64,000 nt of DNA from Lysobacterales bacterium (GCA_026005055.1 BPKI01000001.1:2371608-2435607); one strand, 5' to 3'; shown: positions 41,149-51,112, counted from the first letter of the stretch. Translations and numbers: made by a program. Notes: generated by a model from the letters alone, not told the origin.

Positions 41149-43341
41149 TCAGAAGTCGTATTGAAGCCCGAGCTGGACGTGGCGGGGCATTCCGGTCTGG
41201 ATGCCGCGCGTCCGATCGACGATGTACACCTTGTCGAAGACGTTCTTCGCGGCGAGGAAAGCCCTGACCGAACTGCCGAGGTCGTACTGGAAGGTGCTGT
41301 TCCAGACCGTGGCGCTCTTGATGATTCCGCGCTGACCGTCGGCGGTGGGGGCGCGGGTGTTGGCGAAGTCGGCGAATTGCCGACCCACGTACTGCGCCTC
41401 GAGCGACCACTCGATCGGGCCGAAGCGCTTATAGCCGCCCAGCGTCGCGCTCAGGCGCGGTGCGTAGGGCTGGCGCAGCCCCGCTCGGCTGCCGCCCACC
41501 GGCTGCCGCGTCGCCACGCTGACGAAAGGCGTCTCCTGGCGAGCGGTGGGCAGCCAAGTGGCCGACAGACTCAGGCCGGCCTCATGCTCGGGCAGCAGCC
41601 ACGCGAGGGCGAGTTCGAGGCCTGAGAACAGCGCCTCGCCCTGGGACAGCGGCGTGCCGCCCCCTGCGATCGAGCCCACCGCGATCAGGTTGGCGAAATC
41701 ATGGCGGAACCAGGCGAGTTCGTAGCGCAGCCGCTGCGCGAGAGCGCCACGGAGGCCGAGCTCGAGATTCCGCGAGTCCTCCGCATCGACCTCGGTCACC
41801 GTGCCGTTGCCTCCGATCAGATCCTCGACCCGAGGCGGAGCGAAGCCGCGATGCCAGCTCGCGAAGAGCTCCGCGCGCTCGCCGAGCTTCTGCCGGAATC
41901 CGAGCCCGAAGAGCGTGCGCTTCACCTCGGTCTCCCCCTCGCGAGCCGTGAGCCGGTCACGCCGGAAGGCCTCGATCTGCTCCCGGCGCAAGACCGGGAG
42001 CACGCTCCGCTCGCCGAAATCGAAGCGGTGTGCGAGGAAAGCGGAAAATGCCTGCGTCTTGCGCAGATTGTCCTCGACGGTGGTCCCGGTGCGCGCGAGG
42101 GCGCTCGTGCCGTTGATCTGGAGCCGGTTCTGCTCCTCGCGGTGCCAGCGCACGCCCGCCTGCCACTCGCCGAGCGCGCTCGGCAGATGCAGCCGCGGCT
42201 CGATCCCCCAAGTGTCGTAGCTGCGAAGCCGCCCTTGGGTGCAGGGAAACTGAGTGGTCGGATCGACCCGGCGGCCGGCCAGGCGGTGCTGTGTGAAGGT
42301 GGCGCTCACGCCGTCGATGATGAGGCTCTGATTGCAGCCCGCGTGCTGACCATCCTGGCTGTTGCTCGACTGCCGCCACCAGTCGCGTTCGAATCGGGCG
42401 TAATAGAGGCTGGTGAGGAGCTCTCCCTCGGCCAGGGCGAGACGGTGGCCGAGCGAGACGCCTTGGCGTCGGACGTCGAAGGTGTCGTTGCGGAAGGGGT
42501 TGTAGCGCGGCCCGAGGCGCTCGAACTCGGCCTGGGTGAGCCCGGAGTAGGTGACCCGCGAATCCTCGCGGTGCTGGCTCGCGCGGAGCACCAGCGAATG
42601 CCCCTCGGCGATTTCGGCGAGGTACTTGAGGCTGAGGTCCTGCACCTCGTGCTCGAGGTTTTCCCGCGCGCCCTCGCCGCGCTTGAAGAAGGCATCGAGC
42701 CCGAGTCCGGCCCCGCCGAGGCGGGCCTGCGCCTCGCGGAAAGAACGGCTTCCGCCGGCTGCCAGCGCCCGGCCGCCGAAGACTTCGCGAGGATCCGAAG
42801 TGACGTAGTTGACGATGCCGCCGATGGTCTGCGGGCCGAAAAGCAGCGTCTCCACGCCCTTGAGCACCTCGATGCGCCGGTAGCGCTCGATCTGGGGATG
42901 GAAATAGCTCGCGTTGTCGCCATAGGGCGCATACGCCAGGGGCAAGCCGTCCTCGAGCAGCGTGGTTTTGGTCGAGCGCGTGGGATTGAGCCCGCGGATG
43001 GCGATGTTGGGTCGCAGGCCGAAGCCCTCCTCGTCGCGCACGCTCAGCCCCGGAACGCGCCGCAACAGCTCGTTGACGGTCAAGGGGCGAAGACGCTCGA
43101 TCTCGCTTTCGTCGATCACGGCCACCGCGCCGAAATGTTCGCGCATGGGGTCCGCGGGGCGCACCACCTCGATTCGCGGCAGCGCAGCCGCCAGAGCCGG
43201 CCCCGGGGCGGAAGAGGCTGCGGGTTCGCCGACCGCCGATGGGGGCCGCGCTTCGCCCGAGATCTGAGCCGCGGGCTCGCCCTCGACCCCGGCAAGCGAG
43301 GAGGCGAGGAGAAACGGGAGACCGAGGAGTGAATCGAGCAT
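41149..43341 (-). CDS. TonB-dependent outer-membrane receptor
   Basis: Plug domain LTVNELLRRVPGLSVRDEEGFGLRPNIAIRGLNPTRSTKTTLLEDGLP and C-terminal beta-barrel ending ..VQLGLQYDF. The start at 43341 gives the signal peptide MLDSLLGLPFLLASSLAG. Confidence 0.85.
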   Translation of the reverse strand: MLDSLLGLPFLLASSLAGVEGEPAAQISGEARPPSAVGEPAASSAPGPALAAALPRIEVVRPADPMREHFGAVAVIDESEIERLRPLTVNELLRRVPGLSVRDEEGFGLRPNIAIRGLNPTRSTKTTLLEDGLPLAYAPYGDNASYFHPQIERYRRIEVLKGVETLLFGPQTIGGIVNYVTSDPREVFGGRALAAGGSRSFREAQARLGGAGLGLDAFFKRGEGARENLEHEVQDLSLKYLAEIAEGHSLVLRASQHREDSRVTYSGLTQAEFERLGPRYNPFRNDTFDVRRQGVSLGHRLALAEGELLTSLYYARFERDWWRQSSNSQDGQHAGCNQSLIIDGVSATFTQHRLAGRRVDPTTQFPCTQGRLRSYDTWGIEPRLHLPSALGEWQAGVRWHREEQNRLQINGTSALARTGTTVEDNLRKTQAFSAFLAHRFDFGERSVLPVLRREQIEAFRRDRLTAREGETEVKRTLFGLGFRQKLGERAELFASWHRGFAPPRVEDLIGGNGTVTEVDAEDSRNLELGLRGALAQRLRYELAWFRHDFANLIAVGSIAGGGTPLSQGEALFSGLELALAWLLPEHEAGLSLSATWLPTARQETPFVSVATRQPVGGSRAGLRQPYAPRLSATLGGYKRFGPIEWSLEAQYVGRQFADFANTRAPTADGQRGIIKSATVWNSTFQYDLGSSVRAFLAAKNVFDKVYIVDRTRGIQTGMPRHVQLGLQYDF

Positions 43342-43393
43342 GGCGATGAGGTCGCAGAAGAAGAGGCGGCGAAGCCTAGCAAGCGAGAAAAGC

Positions 43394-43414
43394 GAATGCA
43401 AGTGTTTCTCATTT
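43394..43414 (-). promoter_or_regulatory. AT-rich patch upstream of the TonB-dependent receptor gene, a weak Fur-box-like candidate
   Basis: On the minus strand, AAATGAGAAACACTTGCATTC lies about 55-75 nt upstream of ATG 43341. By my hand alignment it matches about 11 of 19 positions of GATAATGATAATCATTATC. It is the only AT-rich patch in the 55-nt kinase-receptor gap and adjoining leader. Confidence 0.25.
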
Positions 43415-43456
43415 AGGTCGCGCAGCGCGCCCGGTTGCGCGTCGGAGCACCCTCGT

Positions 43457-46400
43457 TCAGGGCGCGATCCGCGGCAGCATCAGCTCGAATCGGCAGCCGC
43501 CTCCGGCTTCGGTATGGAGTTCGACCCCTCCACCGAGGACGCCGGTCACCAGGTTGTAAACCAGGTGCAAGCCGAGCCCCGTCCCACCCTGCTCTCGCCG
43601 AGTGGTGAAGAAGGGCTCGAAGGCGCGCGCGGCGACCTCGGGGCTCATGCCGACCCCATCGTCCACGACTTCAAGCCGCACGACCTCCGCTTCGGCGTGG
43701 GCGCAGATCCTGACCGTCCCCGTCCGCCCGTCGGGAAAGGCATGGCGCTCGGCGTTTTCCACGAGGTTCGAAAGCACTTGAAAAAGCGCGCCTGGAAAAC
43801 TGTCGAGCTCGATGCTCGGATCGCAATCGATGAGGAGGCGCAGCGGGCTCCGCTTGAGTCTCGGTGTGAAGGTGATGCGCAGCTCCTCCAAAAGCTCGGC
43901 CAGCGGGAAGCGACGGCGCTGCTCCGCCGTCTGATCCACCGATACCCGCTTCAGGCTTTGCACCAGACGTGCCGCGCGTTCGAGGCTGCTGCGGAGCAAG
44001 CGTCCGCCTTCCTCGCTGTCGGCCCGCCATTCCTCGAGATCGCCCCGCCGCAGACGCCCCTCGCTCAGACTCTGGAATCGGTCGCGATGGACCTCCTCGA
44101 GACGGGTCACGGCGGTCAGCGCCACCCCGAGCGGCGTGTTGATCTCATGCGCCAGCCCGGCGACCATGCGCCCGAGGGAAGCCATCTTCTCCGCCTGCAC
44201 CAGATGAGCTTGCGTCCGGCGCAGCTCCGCCAAGGCGTGTTCGGCATGGTCCTTCGCGGCGCGAAGCTCGGCAGTGCGCTCCGAGACTCGGCGTTCGAGT
44301 TCGGCCGCCCGCAGCCGAAGCGCTCGCGTGCGCAAGCGCCAAGCGCCAAGCACGGCGAGCGCGAGGAGCGCGGCTGCGGCAACCCAAGCGACCGTGCGCT
44401 CCCACCACTGCGGGATGACCTCGACTTCGATGCGCAGGAGCTCGCCCCACTCGCCCCGATCGCCCGCCGCCACCGCGAACAGGTAGCGACCGGGTGGGAG
44501 CGAGCGGTACGAGGCCAGCCGCTGGCGGGCATCGACGAGATTCCACTCCTCCTCGAGGCCATCCAGACGATAGCGGTAGAGCAAGCGCTCGGCGCGGCGC
44601 ACGTCCGGGCTCGCGAAGCGGATGCTCAGGCTGCGCGCCCTGGGCTCCAGTCTCAGCGTCTTTGCCGAAGGATGATCGCGCCCGCCCACCTGGACTTGGG
44701 TCGCCAAGGGCGGCGGCAATGACGGTGGCTCGCCGTACCGCGAGGGATCCAACACGAGCAACCCGCGGCTGCCCCCGAACAAGAAAAGCCCATCCGCCCG
44801 CCTCGCGTAGGACCGGAACCATCCGGTGCCGAAATCGAGTTCGAGGTTCACCGGCAGCGGATCGGCGCGGCCCGAGGCGGGATCGAGGACGAAGCGGTGC
44901 GTCCACAAGCGCCCCCTTTGGTCCATGAGCAGATTCGCACCGAAAGCGCCGCCCACGGGCACTCCGGGTATCTGCAACCGCGCGAAGCCTCCTCCCTCAT
45001 CCTCGCGGAATAAGCCCTCGTTGGTATCCACCCAGAGCCGCCCGCGTTCATCGAGGAGCAGGCCGACCACCACAGGATAGCCGCCGCCGACCGACACCCG
45101 CATGAAGGGGCCCGAAGGCGCTCCGCGGAACAGCCCCGCCGCTCCCCCGATCCAGAGCGTGCCGTCCGGCTCCTCGGCGAAGGCGTTCACTTCTCCGCCG
45201 AGAACGCCGCCGGGCAGCACCGACACCCGCTTGATGCGAAGCCCCTCTTTGGTCTCTTGCATCCGAAAGGCACCGTTGCCGGTACCGATCCAAATATCCC
45301 CATCGCGCGCCGTGAACAGCCGACGGACGTAGCGGGTCATCGCCGCCTCCCCTTCCGCGGCGAGCGCGCGGGGCGTGCCCGTTCCGACCGCATCCCAGAC
45401 GAACAGACCATCGCGCGTTCCGATGAGGACGCGACCATCGGCTCGCTGAGTGAGCGCCGTCACCCAATGCCAGGGTCGAAGCGCTCCCCCTTCCCGACCG
45501 TCGAGATGCAGCAGGACCTTGAGCCGTTCATCGCTCAGGAGCAGTCCCGCACCCCGGAGCCCGAAGAGCATCCTGCCGTCGGCGAGCTCGAGGATGGCAC
45601 CGAGGTTGGGGTCGTCCACCCGCACCCCTCTGCCCTCGAGACGATCGCTCACCGTGAGCCAGTCCGCCTCATAAGGATCGTGCCACTGGATGCCGCTCCC
45701 GAAGCCCCCGACCCAGACCAGCCCTTGTGCGTCGAGTGCGAGCGCGCGCAGATCCGGCGCCCGAAGCCCCGCCGCCCGACCGGCATCGGGCTCGATCCGC
45801 CGCAACAGGCGGCCGTCGGCCAGCGCCCGGACCTCGAGCCCCGTGGCGCGCGCAAGCCAAAGCTCCGCGCGCTCGGGCAAGGGCAGTATGTCGTAGATCG
45901 TATCGCGCAGACCCAGCCGCTCGGGTTCGGGCTCATCGACCACGCGGAGCACGCCCTCCTCGATCAGCGCCAGTCGTCCGGCGAGTGTCCCGATCCAGAG
46001 CCGCGAGCCCTCGGCGCGCAGTTTGTAGACCGGGTCCGGGCGGCCACCATCGAGGGCGCGCCACACCAACGCCGGTTCGCCCGATGGCTCGAGCCGCGAC
46101 AGCCCCGCATCGCTACCGAGCCAGATCCGACCGGCCGCATCGACCGCCACGGTGTGAACCAGATCCTCGGGCGTAGGGGCCAGACCCGGGACATGACTGC
46201 CCTTGCGCTCCACTCGCCCGCTCTCAGGCTCGATGATCGCCAGTCCCGCTCCACGCATCGCGGCGTAAACCCTGCCCGAAGCATCGCGTGCCAGACCCAT
46301 CACCGAGGCCCCCGCGAAACGCGGATCCTCGAGCGGCCCGAGACGGAAGCTCTGGAAGCGCTCGCTCCGCGGGTCGAGGACGTTGACGAGCGCACGGTCG

Positions 46401-46711
46401 AATCCGATCCAGAGACGCCCCTCCCCGTCCATCAACAGGGACCGGATCAGGCTGCCGCTCGGGCCCCGACCCTCTTCCGCCTCTTGGACGTAATGCCGGA
46501 ACTCATAGCCATCGAAGCGCACCAGCGCCTGCGTGGTCCCGATCCAGAGGAACCCGCGCGGATCGGCGGCGAGCGCCGTGACCACCCCGTCAGGGACGGC
46601 GCGATGATCGCCCACGGGGACGAAGCGCGGTACGAAATCCGGGCGGGAAACCACCGAGCCCGCGAGCAACAACGACACGAGCGGCAGCGCGACGAAAACG
46701 CCCATGGGCAT
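43457..46711 (-). CDS. Sensor histidine kinase with a periplasmic two-component-regulator propeller (Reg_prop) array and Y_Y_Y domain
   Basis: There are many xxLWIGTxxGLxxx repeats, e.g. GFLWIGTTQALVRFD and GTLWIGGAAGLFRG. Y_Y_Y is LLYRYRLDGLEEEWN..YRSLPPGRYLF. A TM follows, then the H-box VAGLAHEINTPLG and an HATPase tail (GGTGLGLHLV). Confidence 0.85.
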   Translation of the reverse strand: MPMGVFVALPLVSLLLAGSVVSRPDFVPRFVPVGDHRAVPDGVVTALAADPRGFLWIGTTQALVRFDGYEFRHYVQEAEEGRGPSGSLIRSLLMDGEGRLWIGFDRALVNVLDPRSERFQSFRLGPLEDPRFAGASVMGLARDASGRVYAAMRGAGLAIIEPESGRVERKGSHVPGLAPTPEDLVHTVAVDAAGRIWLGSDAGLSRLEPSGEPALVWRALDGGRPDPVYKLRAEGSRLWIGTLAGRLALIEEGVLRVVDEPEPERLGLRDTIYDILPLPERAELWLARATGLEVRALADGRLLRRIEPDAGRAAGLRAPDLRALALDAQGLVWVGGFGSGIQWHDPYEADWLTVSDRLEGRGVRVDDPNLGAILELADGRMLFGLRGAGLLLSDERLKVLLHLDGREGGALRPWHWVTALTQRADGRVLIGTRDGLFVWDAVGTGTPRALAAEGEAAMTRYVRRLFTARDGDIWIGTGNGAFRMQETKEGLRIKRVSVLPGGVLGGEVNAFAEEPDGTLWIGGAAGLFRGAPSGPFMRVSVGGGYPVVVGLLLDERGRLWVDTNEGLFREDEGGGFARLQIPGVPVGGAFGANLLMDQRGRLWTHRFVLDPASGRADPLPVNLELDFGTGWFRSYARRADGLFLFGGSRGLLVLDPSRYGEPPSLPPPLATQVQVGGRDHPSAKTLRLEPRARSLSIRFASPDVRRAERLLYRYRLDGLEEEWNLVDARQRLASYRSLPPGRYLFAVAAGDRGEWGELLRIEVEVIPQWWERTVAWVAAAALLALAVLGAWRLRTRALRLRAAELERRVSERTAELRAAKDHAEHALAELRRTQAHLVQAEKMASLGRMVAGLAHEINTPLGVALTAVTRLEEVHRDRFQSLSEGRLRRGDLEEWRADSEEGGRLLRSSLERAARLVQSLKRVSVDQTAEQRRRFPLAELLEELRITFTPRLKRSPLRLLIDCDPSIELDSFPGALFQVLSNLVENAERHAFPDGRTGTVRICAHAEAEVVRLEVVDDGVGMSPEVAARAFEPFFTTRREQGGTGLGLHLVYNLVTGVLGGGVELHTEAGGGCRFELMLPRIAP

Positions 46712-48895
46712 TCAGCGGCGAAGCGAAGCCAAGAGCTCCGTGAGCGGCACCGGCCGGCCGTAGAAGAAACCCTGAACCTCGTCGCAACCGAGCTCGCGCA
46801 GGAGCGCATCCTGGGTGGCGCGCTCCACGCCCTCGGCCACGACCCGCAGCCCGAGGGCGTGGCCGAGTTTCACCACCAGTTCGCAGATCACGCGCGCCTC
46901 TCGGCGCAGGTCGAGCTCGACCACGAAGGCGCGATCGATCTTGAGGCGGTCCGCCGGTAGCTCGCGCAACCTCGCCAACGAGGAGTGTCCGGTGCCGAAA
47001 TCGTCCACCGCGACCCGCACCCCGCGGCGACGAAGCTCTCGGATGAGGTCCATGGGCCCTTCGCCGCCGATGAGCATGGACTCGGTCACCTCGAGCTCCA
47101 GGCGCTCGGGGGGCAGACCGGTTTTCCTGAGAGCTTCCTCCACCATTCGGAGGAAGCCCGGGTCTTGGAGCTGCCGCACCGAGAGATTCACGCTCACCGG
47201 CACGTCGAATCCGGCCTGGGCGAGCACGCGCTGCTCGGCGCAGGCCCGCTCCAGAACGAAGGCCCCGACGGGGATGATCTGCCCGCTGTCCTCCGCCGCC
47301 GTGATGAACTCGGCCGCCGAGACCCAATCGCCGGGGGACCGCTGCCAGCGGAGCAGCGCCTCCACGCCGACCAATACCCCGTCGGCCAGGCGCCATTGCG
47401 GCTGATAGACGAGGGTGAAGCGTTCCTCGGCGAGCGCCGAGCGCAGTTCCCCGACCAGGCTGAGCCGCCTCTCGAGCTCGTCCTCGTAGCGCCGGTCGAA
47501 GCGCTGATGGGAGCCGCGGAAACCGCGTTTGGCCTGCTTGAGCGCGATCCCGGCATGACGAAGGATCGTGGCCGCATCCCCTCCATCCTCGGGATGACAC
47601 GCGCTGCCGAAGCTCATGCCGATCGGCACGCGGTGACCCATCACTTCGAGGTTCCCGCGCAGGCGGGCGTTCAGCCGCGACAGCCCGGCGTCGGTGGCCG
47701 CCGCGCTCGGCAAGACCAGCGCGAAGGTGTCCGCGGAAAGACGCGCGATCACGAGCGCCTCGGGAAAACTCTGCTTAAGGACGGCGACGATCGCGCGCAG
47801 GGTGTGATCGCCCGCCTCGTAGCCGAGCCCGTCGTTGACGGCCTGAAAATTGTCGATGTCAGCGAAGAGGAGCTCGAAGGGCTCGCCCCGCGCGATGCGC
47901 TCGCGCAAGGCTCGCTCGAGGGCGAGGCGAGTGGCGAGCCCGGTGAGGGGATCCACGTAGGCCGACTGCTCGAGCTCCTCGAAGAGCTGGGCGTTGTCCA
48001 AGCCCACCATCACGTTGATCGCATAGAGCGAGAGCAGCCGCTGAGTGAGACCGCTCACCCGCATCGGCACCGGGATGTCGGCCACGAACTGGGGTAAACG
48101 CGGCGTCTCGAGGTAAAGGCAGACGTGATCCTCGCCGAACTCATCGCGCTTGGCTTCGAGCGCCGCGCGCATACGGGCGCTGCGCGCGGGATTGAGCACC
48201 TCCTCGGGCGGGCGTGCGGCATCCGGGCCCAACGCGGCGAGCACCTCGAGCGCCTCCTCGCCGCTGCGCCGCACGCACAGCAGTCCGCAAGGCGGGACCT
48301 CGAGGATCGAACAGAGCTGGATGAGCACGCGCTCGGCCAGCGCCTCGATGCCTTGGATCCTGAGCAGCTCCGCGGAGGCGCTCAGCACCCGCTCCAAGCG
48401 GCGCCGATGCTCCTCCATCTGGCAGATCTGCTGATAGCTCCGAAGCGCCGCCGTGAGCGAGGTGACCAGCCGCTCGGTGGTGAGCTCGGACTTCGAACGA
48501 TAATCGTTGATGTCGTAGTTCTGGATGACCTGCAACTCGGGCGCGAGTCCGGGCTGACCCGTTCTCAGCACGATCCGAACCGCCGGATCATCGAAGCGCT
48601 CGCGGATCTCCCCGACCAGCTTGAGGCCCGCATCCTCGGTCTCCATCACCACATCGAGCAGGATCAGGCTGTAGCGCCGCTCGGCCAGACGCATGCGCGC
48701 CTCTTCCGCGGAGTAGGCGCTGTCGAACTCGATGCGTCGCCCGAGGATCCGCTGCCCGCGCAGCGCATAGCGGGTCACGAGGTGCACCTGCTCGTCGTCG
48801 TCGACGATCAGGACGCGCCAAGGAGGGGGCTCGGACTGCGGCGTGATGGGCCGCGACTCGTCGTCGCCGAGCCTGAGGTACTCCTGCGCCGACAT
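46712..48895 (-). CDS. Response regulator with REC, a degenerate GGDEF domain and an intact EAL domain (probable c-di-GMP phosphodiesterase)
   Basis: REC is VLIVDDDEQV..LILLDVVME. The GGDEF domain has SADTF in place of GGDEF (ALVIARLSADTFALVL). The EAL domain shows EALLRW, DDFGTGHSSL, LKIDRAF and AEGVE. Its stop directly abuts the kinase ATG (TGAATG). Confidence 0.85.
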   Translation of the reverse strand: MSAQEYLRLGDDESRPITPQSEPPPWRVLIVDDDEQVHLVTRYALRGQRILGRRIEFDSAYSAEEARMRLAERRYSLILLDVVMETEDAGLKLVGEIRERFDDPAVRIVLRTGQPGLAPELQVIQNYDINDYRSKSELTTERLVTSLTAALRSYQQICQMEEHRRRLERVLSASAELLRIQGIEALAERVLIQLCSILEVPPCGLLCVRRSGEEALEVLAALGPDAARPPEEVLNPARSARMRAALEAKRDEFGEDHVCLYLETPRLPQFVADIPVPMRVSGLTQRLLSLYAINVMVGLDNAQLFEELEQSAYVDPLTGLATRLALERALRERIARGEPFELLFADIDNFQAVNDGLGYEAGDHTLRAIVAVLKQSFPEALVIARLSADTFALVLPSAAATDAGLSRLNARLRGNLEVMGHRVPIGMSFGSACHPEDGGDAATILRHAGIALKQAKRGFRGSHQRFDRRYEDELERRLSLVGELRSALAEERFTLVYQPQWRLADGVLVGVEALLRWQRSPGDWVSAAEFITAAEDSGQIIPVGAFVLERACAEQRVLAQAGFDVPVSVNLSVRQLQDPGFLRMVEEALRKTGLPPERLELEVTESMLIGGEGPMDLIRELRRRGVRVAVDDFGTGHSSLARLRELPADRLKIDRAFVVELDLRREARVICELVVKLGHALGLRVVAEGVERATQDALLRELGCDEVQGFFYGRPVPLTELLASLRR

Positions 48896-48984
48896 CACGA
48901 CCCCCCCTTGCCTGACTTCACCGATGATAGCGAAATGCCGAGCCGCTCCGCCGCTCTCCCGGTCGAATCCGCATAATCGGCGCC

Positions 48985-50703
48985 GTGAAACGCGAAGTGC
49001 TCACCGGCGTTCCCGTCTCGCCCGGCCTGGCGCGCGGACGAGCCAGGCTGATCGGGCTGCCGCGCCTGCCCGGCGCACCCGAAACCATCGCCGAAACCGA
49101 GGTAGAGACGGAGCTCCTTCGCCTCGAGGAAGCCCTGGCCACCGCCCGCGGGGAGCTCGCCGATCTGCGCCGCCGACTGAGCGGCGCGCTCGCGCACGAG
49201 CTCGGGGATTTCTTCGATGCCCATGCCCTGCTCCTCGAGGACCCGGAACTCGTCCAAGGCCTCTTCGATCTGGTTCGCAAGGCTCGAATGAGCGCCCGCG
49301 CCGCCCTCAAGGTCCAGCGCGACCGGCTCGCCGAGATCTTCGCCGGGATCGAGGATCCCTATCTGCGAAGCCGCTTCGAGGACGTGGAGCACGTGATCGC
49401 CCGCGTGCTGGCCTGGCTGCACCGAGCGGAACTCGGCGAGGAGGCGAGTCCTCGCGCCGGCGAGGGCGAAGTGGTTGTCGCCGAGACCCTCCCGCCCGCG
49501 GAACTCGCCCACTTCGCCGAGCAGGGCGTGCGGGCGGTCATCACCGAACAGGGCAGCCCCTTGTCCCATGCCGCGATCCTCGCCCGCAGCCTGCGTTTGC
49601 CGATGGTCGTCCAAGCGCGCGGCGCGCTCGCCGCGATCGGCGAGGGCGACTTGCTGCTCGTGGATGCCGCGGCGGGCCAGATCGTCGTCAACCCCGAAGC
49701 CGCGGACCTCTCCGCGTTCGAGCGCGCGCTTCGCCGGAACCAGCGCGAGGAGCGCCGCCTGCTGCGCCTGCGCGATGCGCCCTGCCGCACCCGCGACGGG
49801 ATCGCCATCGAACTGCTCGCCAACGCCGAATCGCTTGCCGAGGTCGAAGCCGCCTTGGCGCATGGCGCCGCCGGGATCGGTCTCTACCGCACCGAGTTCC
49901 TGTTCCTGCGCGAGGATCGCTTGCCCGATGAGGAGGAGCAGTTCGAGGCGTACCGGGCCGTGCTTCGCGCGGCCTGCGGTCGGCCGGTGACCTTCCGCAC
50001 CCTCGATCTCGGCGCCGACAAAGCCGAAGGGAGCGTGCTCGCCCTGCCGAGCGAGGAAAATCCCGCCCTCGGCCTACGCGGGCTCCGCCGCTCTTTAAGC
50101 GAGCCCGAGCAGTTCGCGGCTCAGCTGCGAGCAGTCATACGCGCGGCCGAACTCGGGCCCGCGCGCGTGTTGCTCCCGATGGTGACGACCGCCGGTGAAT
50201 TCGCCGCCGCCCGCCGCCTCCATCAGCAGCTGCTCGCCAAGCTGAGCGTGCCTGCGGAAAAGCCGGTGCCGCTCGGCGCCATGATCGAAGTACCCGCTGC
50301 CGCCATCGCCCCCGAAGCGATCCTCGCCCTCGCCGACTTCGCCGCCATCGGCAGCAATGACCTCATGCAGTACCTGCTCGCCGCCGACCGCGGCCACGAC
50401 CGCCTCGCCGGGCTGTTCGAGCCCACCGAGCCGGCGGTGGTGCGCACCCTCGCCCGGCTCATCGCCGCCTGCGCCCGCCGCCGCCGCCCCGTGACCCTCT
50501 GCGGCGAGCTCGCCGCCGATACCCGTTTCACCGCCTTGCTCATCGCCCTCGGCCTGCGCGCCTTAAGCGCCCACCCGCGGGCGCTACCCGCGATCAAGGA
50601 GCGTATCCGCGAGCTCGATACCCGAAAGCTTCAGAAGCTCCGCCCGCGTTTGCTTCGCGCCGCGCACAGGGAGAGCGTGGAAAAGCTGCTTGCGGCGCTT
50701 TAG
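48985..50703 (+). CDS. ptsI: Phosphoenolpyruvate-protein phosphotransferase (PTS enzyme I), without an N-terminal GAF domain
   Basis: LTGVPVSPGLARGRARL.., SHAAILARSLRLP (His region), FLFL, and the PEP-utiliser C-terminus GSNDLMQYLLAADR. GTG start at 48985. Confidence 0.85.
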   Translation: MKREVLTGVPVSPGLARGRARLIGLPRLPGAPETIAETEVETELLRLEEALATARGELADLRRRLSGALAHELGDFFDAHALLLEDPELVQGLFDLVRKARMSARAALKVQRDRLAEIFAGIEDPYLRSRFEDVEHVIARVLAWLHRAELGEEASPRAGEGEVVVAETLPPAELAHFAEQGVRAVITEQGSPLSHAAILARSLRLPMVVQARGALAAIGEGDLLLVDAAAGQIVVNPEAADLSAFERALRRNQREERRLLRLRDAPCRTRDGIAIELLANAESLAEVEAALAHGAAGIGLYRTEFLFLREDRLPDEEEQFEAYRAVLRAACGRPVTFRTLDLGADKAEGSVLALPSEENPALGLRGLRRSLSEPEQFAAQLRAVIRAAELGPARVLLPMVTTAGEFAAARRLHQQLLAKLSVPAEKPVPLGAMIEVPAAAIAPEAILALADFAAIGSNDLMQYLLAADRGHDRLAGLFEPTEPAVVRTLARLIAACARRRRPVTLCGELAADTRFTALLIALGLRALSAHPRALPAIKERIRELDTRKLQKLRPRLLRAAHRESVEKLLAAL

Positions 50704-51086
50704 CCCTTGCCTTCATCCGAGCAAGGCTCATCCGGCTCGAGCGCGCGGGCGCTCAGCCCTTCTCCCCGGCAAGGCCCGCCGAGGCATGCGCCATCATCCA
50801 TCCGGAACGAGGCCCCATGAGCCGGACAGACAAGAATGCCCTCGCGGATGAGAAACCGACCCGGCGCGAAATCCAAGCGCCGGCCGGCATGAGGACAGCG
50901 GTTGGCATAGGCGATCACTTTCCCCCCGGATCGCCAGAGGATATAGCCATAGGGCTCTTCGCCTTCCGGGTCGGGCACCCACACGGGGGTCTCTTCGGGG
51001 AGCTCTTCGGGTCGAGCAAACGGCTTCACGGGGCGCACTCTCTTCCTCGAAGCAACATAGCGCGCACCCCGCTGGCCGAAAAGCAT
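50700..51086 (-). CDS. Rieske [2Fe-2S] domain protein
   Basis: CPHAGRRLDF..(x)..CPAHGASF gives the two Rieske Cys-His boxes. It converges on ptsI with a 4-nt overlap. Confidence 0.75.
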   Translation of the reverse strand: MLFGQRGARYVASRKRVRPVKPFARPEELPEETPVWVPDPEGEEPYGYILWRSGGKVIAYANRCPHAGRRLDFAPGRFLIREGILVCPAHGASFRMDDGACLGGPCRGEGLSARALEPDEPCSDEGKG

Positions 51087-51112
51087 CCTTCGCCTGCGCT
51101 ATCCTTGCGCCG

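Noticed and set aside
44330-44352. A short heptamer repeat (aagcgcc aagcgcc aagc) inside the histidine kinase gene
   Set aside because: There are only two and a half copies, the repeat is not a multiple of three, and it lies inside a coiled-coil/Ala-Arg-rich coding segment (RLRTRALRLRAAE). It is most simply explained by codon and amino-acid bias.
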